Origin: a virus
Taxonomy: Duplodnaviria > Caudoviricetes
Length of the DNA: 64,000 nt
Direction: 5' to 3' (one strand)
IMG/VR virus record: IMGVR_UViG_3300011008_000004
Coordinates: 64,001 to 128,000 of that record
The notes under the pieces are model-generated. The model worked only from the letters and a program-made list of their open reading frames with translations. It had not been told where the DNA came from and ran no database searches. Positions 10,074-20,569 of the stretch are shown in pieces. Made by a program: the position numbers and the translations under genes. Within the stretch, counting starts at the first letter, position 1, and every line of letters starts with the position of its first letter.

Positions 10074-10336
10074 TACTCACCTTTAATTTCTTCATTTTCA
10101 TACTTGCTAATAAGTCTTTCTAAATACCACTTAGCTTTCTTTAAATCTTGTAATGGTTTACCTTTAAATGGATGTCTCCACATATATTTAACTACTTGCC
10201 AACTTAAACTAGCATCTATAGCATCTTTATATCCTGATATCATAGAATCCAAAGCATCTATGCATTCTATTTTACCTGAAGTATAGTGGCTTGGACTATT
10301 TACCATTTTTTCATCACAATTTTCTAAATTACTCAT
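10073..10336 (-). CDS. DUF3310-like phage protein
   Basis: VNSPSHY...IECID...KYMWR...DLKKAKWYL. Confidence 0.85.
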   Translation of the reverse strand: MSNLENCDEKMVNSPSHYTSGKIECIDALDSMISGYKDAIDASLSWQVVKYMWRHPFKGKPLQDLKKAKWYLERLISKYENEEIKGE

Positions 10337-10881
10337 TGCACTACCCCTAATTGTTTCTCTATTTCCATCACTTTTTCATAAATATAATCATAACCATCTA
10401 TAAAGCCATTTATTGTTTCATAATCTATTTTATAGTTATTTAACATCGCTTCTGTAGATGCTTCAATAATATTTGCTTCAAATTCTGTTTGATTACGACC
10501 ATTTGGGTTATATTCTTTAACTCTTTTTAAGAAAAAGTTTAAATTATTATAAGTATTAAATAAATCTACAGTTGCTTTCCTAAAATTTTCAGTATAATCA
10601 GCTGTAGGAACGTATAAAGTACTTAGCGGTAATGGACTATCAGTTATAATTACATCAACTTTACCATAACATCTGCTCAATCTAAAACTTTGCTTGCCTA
10701 AAATATAAAATTGATTCTTAAAAACTTCTTTATTCTCTTCCCAAACTTTGTCTTTAGCAAACTCAGTAACTAGTTCAGCATCTACTCCGGCCATCTTTAA
10801 TTTTGAAAATATATAAGCAGCTCCAGTACTTTTACCAGTACCTGGTCCACCAAACAAATTAACTACTAATGTGTTTTTCAA
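10333..10881 (-). CDS. P-loop nucleotide kinase (NadR/AAA_28-like)
   Basis: NLFGGPGTGKST, ITDSPL, GRNQTE. Confidence 0.8.
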   Translation of the reverse strand: MKNTLVVNLFGGPGTGKSTGAAYIFSKLKMAGVDAELVTEFAKDKVWEENKEVFKNQFYILGKQSFRLSRCYGKVDVIITDSPLPLSTLYVPTADYTENFRKATVDLFNTYNNLNFFLKRVKEYNPNGRNQTEFEANIIEASTEAMLNNYKIDYETINGFIDGYDYIYEKVMEIEKQLGVVQ

Positions 10882-10892
10882 ATGTAATCTCC

Positions 10893-11993
10893 TTAGAATG
10901 GATCATCCTTTATGTTATTAGCTTCTTCAGCTTCTACTAATTTCTTTCTTAATGTATCTTCATATAATTTCAATAATCTATCATCATAAGTATATTTAGA
11001 TTTTATATTTTCTAAATAATTGACATTATCTAAATTATACTCTTCTTCATATTTATAAAAGTGATTCATTATATTATCTACAAATAGAACTTTCATATCA
11101 AGTTCACAACAGCCTCTTTCATCAAACCATTGATCTTTCATAAAAACTCTATCTCTAATCTTATACAGCTTATAAGCATCTACTTCTCTATAGAATATAG
11201 GATAATACTCTGATTTGCCATATTTTCCTTCTACATTATTGAAGTTTATAAACCAACTTTTATTTTTAACAATTGCAGCAGCAATATCTGACATAAATCT
11301 TAAATTTCTAATATACTTATCGTAGTCGTTTAAGTCTATTTCACAATCTCTAAATTCATGATAATCAAATAATGTATCAAAACCTTCTTTATACATTTTC
11401 TTATATCTTTCTAAGAAAGTTGCATTTGTATCATCTTTCTTCTTATACAAAGAAGCTTTTTTAATATTTATAATTCCTAATCTATAAATTGGAATGTCCG
11501 GATAGTTTGTTTTTAATTGAAAAATATATCTATAAATTTGATCTATATAACCCTTCCAATCAGGTGTTTGAGAAGATGTTTTATAATCCATCAATACCCA
11601 ACCTTTATCAGTTTTGCATAATAAGTCTAATATGCCTACAAAATCGTGTTTCTCATAAGGATCAGAAGGTAATTCACTTTCTAAAAATAATTCATGATTT
11701 TCTTCTAAAACAGTACAGCCTTCTAAAACCTTAGCCATTATTTTATCTTTATGTAATTGATAGCCATAAGCCATAGCCGTAGCCATTATTTCCTGTTGTG
11801 TAAGCTCTTCTATAGACTTTTTATTAAAATATTCTAATAAGTCATCGGTACTATGTTCTATACTATAATGAACAGCTGAACCTACTGCGAATGCTGCTTT
11901 TTCTTCTTTAGGTTGAATTCCTTCTATCGCTGATAAGTAATATTCAGCTGGATTATTTATAATGTTTTGTAACTTAGAATGACTTAATTTCAT
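10893..11993 (-). CDS. PD-(D/E)XK exonuclease (AddB/Cas4-like)
   Basis: LSHSKL start, GSAVH, GILDLL...DYKT. Confidence 0.8.
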   Translation of the reverse strand: MKLSHSKLQNIINNPAEYYLSAIEGIQPKEEKAAFAVGSAVHYSIEHSTDDLLEYFNKKSIEELTQQEIMATAMAYGYQLHKDKIMAKVLEGCTVLEENHELFLESELPSDPYEKHDFVGILDLLCKTDKGWVLMDYKTSSQTPDWKGYIDQIYRYIFQLKTNYPDIPIYRLGIINIKKASLYKKKDDTNATFLERYKKMYKEGFDTLFDYHEFRDCEIDLNDYDKYIRNLRFMSDIAAAIVKNKSWFINFNNVEGKYGKSEYYPIFYREVDAYKLYKIRDRVFMKDQWFDERGCCELDMKVLFVDNIMNHFYKYEEEYNLDNVNYLENIKSKYTYDDRLLKLYEDTLRKKLVEAEEANNIKDDPF

Positions 11994-12033
11994 TTAATAT
12001 TTCCTCAATATAATTATACACAATTAGCCTAAT

Positions 12034-12068
12034 AAAAAGATACTCGTAAGTATAATTCTTACGAGTAT
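12034..12068 (-). terminator. intrinsic terminator after prfB
   Basis: TACTCGTAAG...CTTACGAGTA stem plus T-run. Confidence 0.7.
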
Positions 12069-12080
12069 ATTCACAAAAAA

Positions 12081-13181
12081 TTAATTCATTTTTCTTAAGT
12101 AATCACATATAAAATTATGTATATCACCATTCATAACTGCTTGAATATCGCTAGTCTCAAATCCTGTTCTATGATCTTTCACTAGTGTGTAAGGACAGAA
12201 AACATATGATCTTATTTGACTGCCCCATTCAATTTTCTTTATAGGACCTTTTAAATTTTGAACTTCTTGTAATCGTTCTTCCTCTTTCCTTTCTGCTAGT
12301 AAATTTCTAAGCATACACATTGCTTTTTCTTTATTTTGCAACTGACTTCTTTCTTCCTGACATTCAGTCACTATGCCTGTAGGTTTGTGTAAAATTCTAA
12401 CTTTACTTTCAGTTTTATTTACGTTCTGTCCACCAGCTCCAGATGATCTACAAGTTGTAATTTCTATATCTTCTGGCCTTATAATCATATCACTATCATC
12501 TTCAAGTTCAGGCATAACATCTACTGAAGCAAATGACGTGTGTCTTCTTCCACCAGCATCAAATGGAGATATTCTAACTAATCTATGAATACCCTTTTCA
12601 GCTTTTAAATAGCCATAAGCATTTGTGCCTATAATTCTAAATGATACAGATTTTAGTCCTGCAACTCCATCAGCTAGTCTATCTATTTCTTCTAGTTTAA
12701 AATCTTGTTTTTGACAGTAGCACATATACATTCTATAAAGCATCTCAGTCCAATCACAAGCCTCTGTACCACCTTCTCCTGAATGTAATGTTACTATAGC
12801 ATTTAAGCTGTCATACTTGCCATTTAATAGTGTCTCTAAATGCAATGTATCTACTGCTTTTTCTGACTCTTCAAGCATCTTAGTTATTTCACTTATTATA
12901 TCATCATCTTCAACAATCTCTAGCATTTGAAGTAAATCTATGACCTCAAATAAGGTCTTATGAATACTTTCATAACGATCTACAAGACTTTTTAAATTTG
13001 ATAACTTCTTAGAAATTTCAACTGACTTGGAAGCATCAGACCATACTGCCGGACTTTCTAATCGTTGACAGTACAATTCTATATTATGACGCATATTATT
13101 AAGCTTTTCTTCACTAATAGAGCTATTTAATAAGTCTATAGCCTCATTAGCTCTTTGCTTTAATTCATCAGTTACTAACAT
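12081..13181 (-). CDS. prfB: peptide chain release factor 2
   Basis: [19 protein letters not shown] (SPF peptide anticodon), [17 protein letters not shown]. Confidence 0.96.
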   Translation of the reverse strand: MLVTDELKQRANEAIDLLNSSISEEKLNNMRHNIELYCQRLESPAVWSDASKSVEISKKLSNLKSLVDRYESIHKTLFEVIDLLQMLEIVEDDDIISEITKMLEESEKAVDTLHLETLLNGKYDSLNAIVTLHSGEGGTEACDWTEMLYRMYMCYCQKQDFKLEEIDRLADGVAGLKSVSFRIIGTNAYGYLKAEKGIHRLVRISPFDAGGRRHTSFASVDVMPELEDDSDMIIRPEDIEITTCRSSGAGGQNVNKTESKVRILHKPTGIVTECQEERSQLQNKEKAMCMLRNLLAERKEEERLQEVQNLKGPIKKIEWGSQIRSYVFCPYTLVKDHRTGFETSDIQAVMNGDIHNFICDYLRKMN

Positions 13182-13321
13182 AAACTCTTGAAATAATTCT
13201 CCAAATCAGTTACATAGAGATATAAACATCTTTTAGTCTCATCTTCATACAGTTCTTGTGTATGTTCATCAAGAAATTCTTTTAATTCTTTTAATTCTTC
13301 TAAATATTCTTCAGGACTCAT
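13172..13321 (-). CDS. small hypothetical protein ending TAG-TAA
   Basis: [11 protein letters not shown]... coupled to upstream gene (ATGA overlap) and overlapping the prfB start. Confidence 0.5.
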
Positions 13322-13836
13322 TGTAAACCTCCACGCATTAATACTTTCTTAGTATTTTCAAATGACTTTCTACTAACTAACGCGTCTAACGTATGTTCTA
13401 GTAAACTCACAATGTTAGCATTGGATATATTATGTTTATCATATCTTATACTTAATGAAGCACAAATGTCATTAGGTTCATGATCAGATAATCTAATTTT
13501 AACTTCTTTATCGAATGAATCTAAATGAAACTTGAAATAAATAGAGCCACCGTAACTCTCTTCTTCAGTGAATTCAATATGTTTCTTATTAAAGTAGTTT
13601 CTAATTATATTAGCAAACTTCTTTTTCTTATACATATTTTCAACTGTTTTCTTAGATTCTTGTAAAAAAGCTTTGTCAAAACTTAAATATCTAAATTCAC
13701 CTGATTCTAAAGCATCAGCTTCATTCTTCTGTAATTCTCTTATTACTTCTAAATCGTCATGTTTAAATGGTGCAATTCTTATAACGCTCTTTCTAGTTCT
13801 TGGGTCTATAAATAATTCATATACTTGCTTTTTCAT
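13318..13836 (-). CDS. hypothetical protein
   Basis: 172 aa ORF; SIYF...KIRLSDH motif seen in small phage proteins. Confidence 0.6.
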   Translation of the reverse strand: MKKQVYELFIDPRTRKSVIRIAPFKHDDLEVIRELQKNEADALESGEFRYLSFDKAFLQESKKTVENMYKKKKFANIIRNYFNKKHIEFTEEESYGGSIYFKFHLDSFDKEVKIRLSDHEPNDICASLSIRYDKHNISNANIVSLLEHTLDALVSRKSFENTKKVLMRGGLQ

Positions 13837-15758
13837 AGTAAACCTCTGAACTCTTCTTCAGTCATAACTCTTACACCTAATTCTTTTGCTTTCTTATTCT
13901 TAGAACTTCCTGAATTAGGGTCATTAGTTATAAGACACTCTGCTTTCTTAATATTATCAGTTATCCCGTATCCATTATCTGCCAAAAACTTTTCAAATTC
14001 TTTTCTAGATATAGACAAACTTCCAGTTATTGCAACAAACTTTTCTATAACATTTGTTATAGCAAACTTATTAAAACTAAAATTAAATATTCTAGATAAA
14101 TTGCAGATTAAGTTATTAGCAACTACTTCTGTAAGTTTAGAATATATTAAACTAGATGTATTAATCTTATCTATTTTATTATAACTTTTAGCATAATCTT
14201 CATATAATTCATCAAATAATTTAGAATTAACGATGTCTGCTGCAATAGTTTTACCAACACCTGGAATATTTAAAGCTTCTAAGAATGTTTGTTTATCCCA
14301 AAGATTATTCATTACACCATACACACTGGTAAGTAATTTAATCATCATTGGTTTTTCACCTTCTAAAATATCTTCTAATCTAGTTTCAGTGAAAAATAAA
14401 TAAACAATATACTCATTTAAGTTCCCATAATTATCTAAAACTTTGTCTAGTATATGTTCAATAATAGCGGGTCCTATACCTTTTATGTCTCTGCACATAA
14501 TTTCAATAAATCTATATGCATTCATATATTTAGTACCATTGCATTCAGGATTGTTACAAATTAAACTTACGCCTGTTTCTGTTACATTTAAAGGTTCTCC
14601 ACAAATAGGACATACTTTAGGTATAATCATATTATCTGATTCTTTGACAATATGATCTATATAAGGAATAACTTCACCACTTCTAAGGACATTTATGATA
14701 GCACCAGGACCAATTTTATTGTCATTTATAAACTTATAATTAAAACCAGATACATTCTTTACAATAGCACCTGATAACTCTACAGGTTCTATGTTTACTA
14801 CTGGAATCATTTTTCCAGTTCTAGATAATTCCCAACTCACATTAGTTACAGTAGCATCTTTAGATTCTGCTTTAAACTTATAAGCAATTTCATCGTACTC
14901 TATAGACGTACTAGAATTTATATAACATATATTCTTTGTAAATACTAAACCATCTGTAGGATACTTAGAGAAACTTTCTAACGCGTAAATTTCTGCTAGT
15001 CTTTCATCAGTTACTAGTCTCATATTGCAACTAATATTGCTTACTACTTCAAAACCCCAAACAGCTAGTTGATCTCTTATTTCACCTATAGTATATGCGC
15101 CATCATCAACTGATTCATCTGCTAGTATTTTATATGTTACAAAGTTTATATATTGACAATCTTCTTCAAAGTTATCTTTTCTATTAAGAACACCTGTTGA
15201 TACGTTTCTAGCCATTTTAGCTTCAGGATGCAATTCTTTATATTTATTAAAATTATCTTTTGACATAACAACTTCGCCACGAATCGCCCCAGTAAAAGGA
15301 ATGTTATGAATAGATAACTTATCTTTTAAATTATCACAAATTAAAACTGCTTTACTAGATACATCTAAACCTGTGGCGCCATCACCTCTAGTTAAAGCTC
15401 TTTCAAATTCCCCATTTACATAATAAAGAACCATCGTAGAACCATCTAGCTTAGACGATATACTATAATTAGAATCTTCTCCGTAATTAGTAAATTCTGA
15501 CATTGCATGAATCTTTTCTAAGCTTCCAACTTTTTCATATTTATGTTGAAATTTCTGTAAATCAGATTCATTTACATTAAAACCTTTAGCAGGTTGTCTT
15601 AAATATTTTGATCTTGGATATCTAGCCTTAAAATCATCATATAATTCGTCAAATCTTGCATCTGATACTATAGGACTTCCACTATAATATGCTTGAGACA
15701 TATGAGATATAACTGACCAAAATGATTTTTCATTAGATCTAAAATCTTCTATAAACAT
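13833..15758 (-). CDS. ligA: NAD-dependent DNA ligase
   Basis: SKLDG, ALTRGDG, RGEVV, IAYKF, RSGEVIP, zinc finger, C-terminal BRCT. Confidence 0.95.
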   Translation of the reverse strand: MFIEDFRSNEKSFWSVISHMSQAYYSGSPIVSDARFDELYDDFKARYPRSKYLRQPAKGFNVNESDLQKFQHKYEKVGSLEKIHAMSEFTNYGEDSNYSISSKLDGSTMVLYYVNGEFERALTRGDGATGLDVSSKAVLICDNLKDKLSIHNIPFTGAIRGEVVMSKDNFNKYKELHPEAKMARNVSTGVLNRKDNFEEDCQYINFVTYKILADESVDDGAYTIGEIRDQLAVWGFEVVSNISCNMRLVTDERLAEIYALESFSKYPTDGLVFTKNICYINSSTSIEYDEIAYKFKAESKDATVTNVSWELSRTGKMIPVVNIEPVELSGAIVKNVSGFNYKFINDNKIGPGAIINVLRSGEVIPYIDHIVKESDNMIIPKVCPICGEPLNVTETGVSLICNNPECNGTKYMNAYRFIEIMCRDIKGIGPAIIEHILDKVLDNYGNLNEYIVYLFFTETRLEDILEGEKPMMIKLLTSVYGVMNNLWDKQTFLEALNIPGVGKTIAADIVNSKLFDELYEDYAKSYNKIDKINTSSLIYSKLTEVVANNLICNLSRIFNFSFNKFAITNVIEKFVAITGSLSISRKEFEKFLADNGYGITDNIKKAECLITNDPNSGSSKNKKAKELGVRVMTEEEFRGLL

Positions 15759-15789
15759 TACATAACCTCTCTTTATATTTCTTTATATT

Positions 15790-15818
15790 ATTATACATTA
15801 TAAAAAGAAAATAGTCAA
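15790..15818 (-). promoter_or_regulatory. sigmaA-type early promoter
   Basis: TTGACT-N17-TATAAT. Confidence 0.8.
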
Positions 15819-15835
15819 CTATTTTTAGCAAAATA

Positions 15836-15866
15836 AAAGCACTGAGATATCATTATCCCAGTGCTA
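15836..15866 (-). terminator. intrinsic terminator closing the tail-fibre module
   Basis: AGCACTG...CAGTGCT stem plus T-run. Confidence 0.65.
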
Positions 15867-15890
15867 AATAACTTAGTAATAACGTTTATA

Positions 15891-16631
15891 TTATATATAC
15901 GAATATACTACACCACAACCATGCGTATCATTAGCTGTATAACTTAAGCCATAATCATGATAATATAATACACCACTACCATCATGTAAACTACTAATTA
16001 AATCTAATGTAAAACCAGATATAGTTTCTCCCGGTGTATCCTCTGTTTCATTATTTACATCGTTATTTATCTTATAATTGACTCTAACCCTATCAGTGTT
16101 ATTAAAAATCCAAATAGCAAATTTTGGATTAGAGCTATCTAAAATTCCTAAATCATAGGTTTTAGTAGAACCGTTATAGGAAATATCTAACTTCAAATGC
16201 CAATTTTCAGTTCTTAACCAAATATTAGTTTTACCTGTATGAGATGTGCTTTCATCAGAACTAAAACAAATCACATTACCAGTAGAACGCAATATACTGT
16301 TTCCTGCGCTAAAATAAATAGCTTCAGGAACCACGCCCGCTGAAATATAACTAGAATGACTACTAGCACTAACTGGAAATGACATATTTATTTTAACCAT
16401 AGCTGGATTTAGTTTATTACTAGTATTATATATAGGGTAATTTGGATCCCAATCTTTATTTCCATAATAAGGCCCGCCATAGTAATAATACAACCTATTA
16501 TTATTTAATGCTTTACTAGAATCCATAATAGCTGTATGCTTACGACCGATGATATTATGGTTGTCGTCTATTGCGTAAATATCATGAACCTTTTTGTTAT
16601 TTTGCGTTATATAGTGGGTTATTTTAGACAT
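15891..16631 (-). CDS. hypothetical protein, possible fibre accessory or receptor-binding subunit
   Basis: 246 aa, beta-rich composition, directly downstream of fibre gene. Confidence 0.5.
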   Translation of the reverse strand: MSKITHYITQNNKKVHDIYAIDDNHNIIGRKHTAIMDSSKALNNNRLYYYYGGPYYGNKDWDPNYPIYNTSNKLNPAMVKINMSFPVSASSHSSYISAGVVPEAIYFSAGNSILRSTGNVICFSSDESTSHTGKTNIWLRTENWHLKLDISYNGSTKTYDLGILDSSNPKFAIWIFNNTDRVRVNYKINNDVNNETEDTPGETISGFTLDLISSLHDGSGVLYYHDYGLSYTANDTHGCGVVYSYI

Positions 16632-16646
16632 ACTTTATCCCCATTA

Positions 16647-18062
16647 TCAATTAAAAACTATGCCTTCTATATTAGAAGCAGTATTAGCATGATTCACATT
16701 ATTAATGGTAAAATATATAGGTTTATCATTGATACTACCAGCAACCGTAGCATTAGTAGCTACTAAAGTAGCAGTATTATCCCCTTTTCTCCAAACATCT
16801 GTGTCATCTACAGGGGCTACGTTCACTTTTAAATTCCCAGTCATAGTGCTACCTGATTTATAGACAAAATAAGTACCTACAAAATTATTTACCCAAGTTT
16901 CAAGATATTTTCTATTTACTACGCCTTCATCATCTTTAGGGGCCGACATTACTCTAGCTGAGCCATCTTCATAAACTTCAAATGCATTACTTTGTACACT
17001 TCCAGCTTGAAGGCCGTTACCTACAATAAAATACGCGCTATTATTTTCTTTATTACTAATGCCAATTACTGTTTGATATGGCCTTGTGGCTTTTAAGTTA
17101 TTACCGAAAGCAAAAGACGCGAATTGAGACGCTGTGCACGCATTTCCACCAGCAAATGAACTCTCCCCGCTAGCTATGCATGCATAACCTTGCGCGTGTG
17201 AATGTTCTCCACTAGCTATAGTAGACATACCTTCTGCGTGAGCACCTCTTGCAGTTGCTTGAGTGCCATCACCTTCTGCGTGCGCCCAACAATTATCAAC
17301 GCTAGTCATATTAGGGTTTCCAACTATACAGTCACCGCCTGTAGCAAAAGCCCCACGTCCATATAACGTATTACCAGAACCTAACGCAACACTTCTTTCA
17401 CCGTTTACAGTATTACCTTTACCTAATGCCGCAGAATATCTATCATTGATAACATTGTTAACTCCTGCTATGAATGATGCCTTGCCTTCATTGTTATTGT
17501 TAACTCCTGATATGAATGATGTCTCGCCTTCATTATTATTGGACTTCCCATTTATAAATGAAGCCATACCATTATTGCTGTTACCAAAGCCACTAACTAA
17601 ACTCGCAACGCCTAAATTAGGATCCATAGCACTGCCATTTATGTTATTCGCGCCAAGAACCATACTTGAAATCCCGTAATTACCATTACTTACATTAGTA
17701 GTGATTCCTAAACCTGCAAGAATATATCTAGTAGAACCTTCTTGTGTTATAGGTCCATCAGCAATCTGCTCAGCCATTGCCTGTGTCATACCTTGTGATA
17801 CAAGGTATGCAACTACCACCGGACGAATATAAGCATTTAATTCTACATAAGAAGCTCCTTTCTACACAAGCGAACTAAGACCCACACCATTCTATAAATT
17901 ATCATTATTAGATGTAATAGACTCTAATAAATTTAACTATGTAGAACCATCACCTATATATAACTTATTCTCGGTCTTATCATAAAATGGCTAACCATCA
18001 AGTAAACGCAAGGTACTGCTTTTTCTTTTCTCTGAGGTACCTCTCATAATCTAAATTGACAT
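16647..18062 (-). CDS. tail fibre / receptor-binding protein with YadA-head-like repeats (TAG-recoded N-terminus)
   Basis: Reading TAG as Gln gives MSIQIMRGT...LLDGQPFYDKTENKLYIGDG (typical fibre N-terminal anchor), in frame with the 16647..17819 ORF; AHAEG/SHAQG repeats. Confidence 0.82.
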
Positions 18063-18235
18063 AAATAAAAAACGCTCCTTTTTACTTGGAGCGCTTTAAT
18101 CTATGATAAAAATGTAAAAACTCCCTCCCACTCAACTATTTCTTAGGGTACTCTAAGTTTACTGAGGGGGGGGGACGCGTAGCTTCTACATTTCATCTAA
18201 CGCTCCAAAAATTTTCAATTTATAAGTAATTTAGC
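18063..18235 (-). promoter_or_regulatory. structured leader of fibre gene: GCTAAATTA motif, leader ORF 18143-18196 with C9 tract, SD-containing terminator hairpin
   Basis: Hairpin AAGCGCTCC...GGAGCGTTT then T-run; alternative pairing with upstream TTGGAGCGTT. Confidence 0.65.
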
Positions 18236-18244
18236 CACCTAAAG

Positions 18245-18892
18245 TCACTTATTTTCTTCTAATTTTACTTCGCCTTTTTCAACTTTTTCATTGAACTTAA
18301 TTGCATCATATATTTGTTTTACATTACCGCCAGATTCTTCAATATCTTTTTGAACATCTTTTAAGGTGATATCTAAACTATCGCAATAAGCTTTAATTAC
18401 TTCAGCTCTTTCTTCATCGGTAGCTTTATCCCATTCATCATCAATCTCTAAACCAATATCAGATAATAGTAAACCATCTAAAACATTAACAAGTCTTTGC
18501 ATTACATATGCTGTTAAACCTGTCATCTTTTGAGTCATCCATTGACCTAAAGGCGTACAATATTGAACTTCAATATCAGTATTTCTTGGAATGATATATT
18601 TCTTACTCGGTAAACAAATATCTTCTTCTTTAGATATCGTTAAACCTGTTACTCTTGATATAAATGGGTTTATATAAGTTATAGGTTGTTTATCTCCAAA
18701 TTTAAGACAAATAATTCTATTTCTATAACCTATTTGTGGAGCAGCTAAAGCTGTTAACTTTTTAGCTTCCATAACTTCTTTAATCGCTAAAATTGTTTCA
18801 CGCATTTCAGCATTTTGTTTCTTTGGATTTATCTCATCACATCTATCTGAAAACTTATCGTAATCTTTTATAGCATTAAGAATCTTCTTCAT
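18245..18892 (-). CDS. def: peptide deformylase-like protein with degenerate active site
   Basis: LAAPQIG, YINP retained; EGCLS becomes EDICLP, HExxH becomes QRLVN. Confidence 0.8.
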   Translation of the reverse strand: MKKILNAIKDYDKFSDRCDEINPKKQNAEMRETILAIKEVMEAKKLTALAAPQIGYRNRIICLKFGDKQPITYINPFISRVTGLTISKEEDICLPSKKYIIPRNTDIEVQYCTPLGQWMTQKMTGLTAYVMQRLVNVLDGLLLSDIGLEIDDEWDKATDEERAEVIKAYCDSLDITLKDVQKDIEESGGNVKQIYDAIKFNEKVEKGEVKLEENK

Positions 18893-19178
18893 CTTTATTT
18901 TCCTTTTCTTTAGATTTTACATATAGCTTATATTCATCTTCAATCATATTAGCATCTATAGTAATCTCTACATCTTTATAATCATATGTTATCTTAGCTG
19001 AATCTAATGTCATTTGAGTTAGTTCATCTTTCTCTTCTGTCGCATCATTAGATTCTAGTTTTGAATACATTTTACCGAATTCATTACTATCAACTAAATC
19101 TATCTCATATAGATCATCTTCAACATATGAACCGGGTTTATCTATTTTTAATTCTTTTAAAACTTGTCCAATACTCAT
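18876..19178 (-). CDS. hypothetical acidic protein
   Basis: 100 aa ORF in operon. Confidence 0.6.
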   Translation of the reverse strand: MSIGQVLKELKIDKPGSYVEDDLYEIDLVDSNEFGKMYSKLESNDATEEKDELTQMTLDSAKITYDYKDVEITIDANMIEDEYKLYVKSKEKENKDEEDS

Positions 19179-19180
19179 AC

Positions 19181-19711
19181 TTACTTACCCGATGAACCAA
19201 AACCTGTTGCACCACGTTCTGTATTCATAACTTCATCGAATTTATCACCATAAAATTCTTTTGCATCTACAAATTCTGCTTTGAAAGTTAGTTCTAATTC
19301 TATAGAACAAGGTCTATCGCCTTTATTTATAGTTATTTCTTCATCAGTTATATTTTGAATTAACGCATTAATTTGGCCACGATAACCTCTATCAACCCAA
19401 GCTGAACCAACATTTATACCTTTTAAGAAATTTCCACTTCTAGATTCTGCTTTAATTCCAAATGGTTCTGGAATAATAACACCTATACCAAGAGGAACTT
19501 TAGCACCAGAATGTGCTGGAATCTTAACGGTTTCTAATGCATAAGCATCATAGCCACAATCACCTTCTTTTTTACGAGTTGGAAGTTGACTATTCTTTCC
19601 AAATGTTATATATGGAATCTTAACAACTGCTTCTTTATTATCAAACAAAGCATGATTTTCTAAATATGCTACTTTTTCTTCTAATGCTTTAATCTTTTTA
19701 TTAAAAAACAT
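19181..19711 (-). CDS. dut: trimeric dUTPase
   Basis: GDCGYD, SRSG, VDRGYRG, RGATGFGSSG. Confidence 0.93.
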   Translation of the reverse strand: MFFNKKIKALEEKVAYLENHALFDNKEAVVKIPYITFGKNSQLPTRKKEGDCGYDAYALETVKIPAHSGAKVPLGIGVIIPEPFGIKAESRSGNFLKGINVGSAWVDRGYRGQINALIQNITDEEITINKGDRPCSIELELTFKAEFVDAKEFYGDKFDEVMNTERGATGFGSSGK

Positions 19712-19744
19712 TTTATCACCTCAATATTCTATACAATTATATAC

Positions 19745-19775
19745 AAAAATCGCTGACGATTATGTCAGCGATTTT
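19745..19775. terminator. intrinsic terminator (likely bidirectional)
   Basis: AAAATCGCTGAC...GTCAGCGATTTT. Confidence 0.75.
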
Positions 19776-19792
19776 AATTTAATTTTATTATT

Positions 19793-20503
19793 TTAGATTA
19801 TGCTATCAAGATTTTCAGCGCCTTCTCTATAACCATTGATAGTTTTTACAGCGCCGTCTGCGTCTGTATTAGCATCAGTATAAATGTCTGTAACCTTATC
19901 AATAGCTTTAGTTGCATCTTCACCTTTTTCTTTAGCTTTTTGTAACTTATTAGTAAGTCTTACAAGAGTTCTAAATTTAGACTTTGAACTAATTTTCTTT
20001 TCAACTGCCGCTTCAGTTAAAGGTCCTTTAATTTGATCAGCAATGTTACAAATATTTGCTTGATTTGCACACATAGGTTGAATGTACTGATCTACTTTTT
20101 GTAATCTCGCCGCATCTGCTTGAGCCCCATCGATAGTAATATGAATACCTTTAGCATCTAATGCTTGAAGATATGGTGTTAAAAAGTTAATATCACCAAC
20201 TTGAATACAATCTTGTATGATTTGATTAAATTTAATCATTATAGATGATACTCTATCAGGATATTCTACTGATTCATCACCTTTACCTCTTTCAAGAGGA
20301 TTACCATTAACCCAGCCACGACCATAGTAGTAACTATAATCTTTAAATCTTGTAATGACTTGCTTATCTAAAAGCAAATCTTTACTTGCTGCATCGGCTG
20401 TTTCATGCATGTATTTATATTCTGTTTTTTCATCTGTGTCAAGTTCAACAGCTTCAGCAATGAGTTCTTGTTGTTCTTCATTGAATAACTTTAATTCTTC
20501 CAT
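19793..20503 (-). CDS. hypothetical protein
   Basis: 236 aa, own sigmaA promoter and terminator, GAGGTG SD. Confidence 0.7.
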   Translation of the reverse strand: MEELKLFNEEQQELIAEAVELDTDEKTEYKYMHETADAASKDLLLDKQVITRFKDYSYYYGRGWVNGNPLERGKGDESVEYPDRVSSIMIKFNQIIQDCIQVGDINFLTPYLQALDAKGIHITIDGAQADAARLQKVDQYIQPMCANQANICNIADQIKGPLTEAAVEKKISSKSKFRTLVRLTNKLQKAKEKGEDATKAIDKVTDIYTDANTDADGAVKTINGYREGAENLDSII

Positions 20504-20533
20504 ATTTCACCTCAAATTTAATTTTATAGTTAT

Positions 20534-20562
20534 ATTATAAACCTATAAATTAAATAAGTCAA
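20534..20562 (-). promoter_or_regulatory. sigmaA-type early promoter
   Basis: TTGACT-N17-TATAAT. Confidence 0.8.
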
Positions 20563-20569
20563 CTAAATT

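Noticed and set aside
10893-11993. Cas4 as part of a CRISPR system
   Set aside because: No Fe-S cysteine set, no array and no other cas genes; ordinary phage exonuclease
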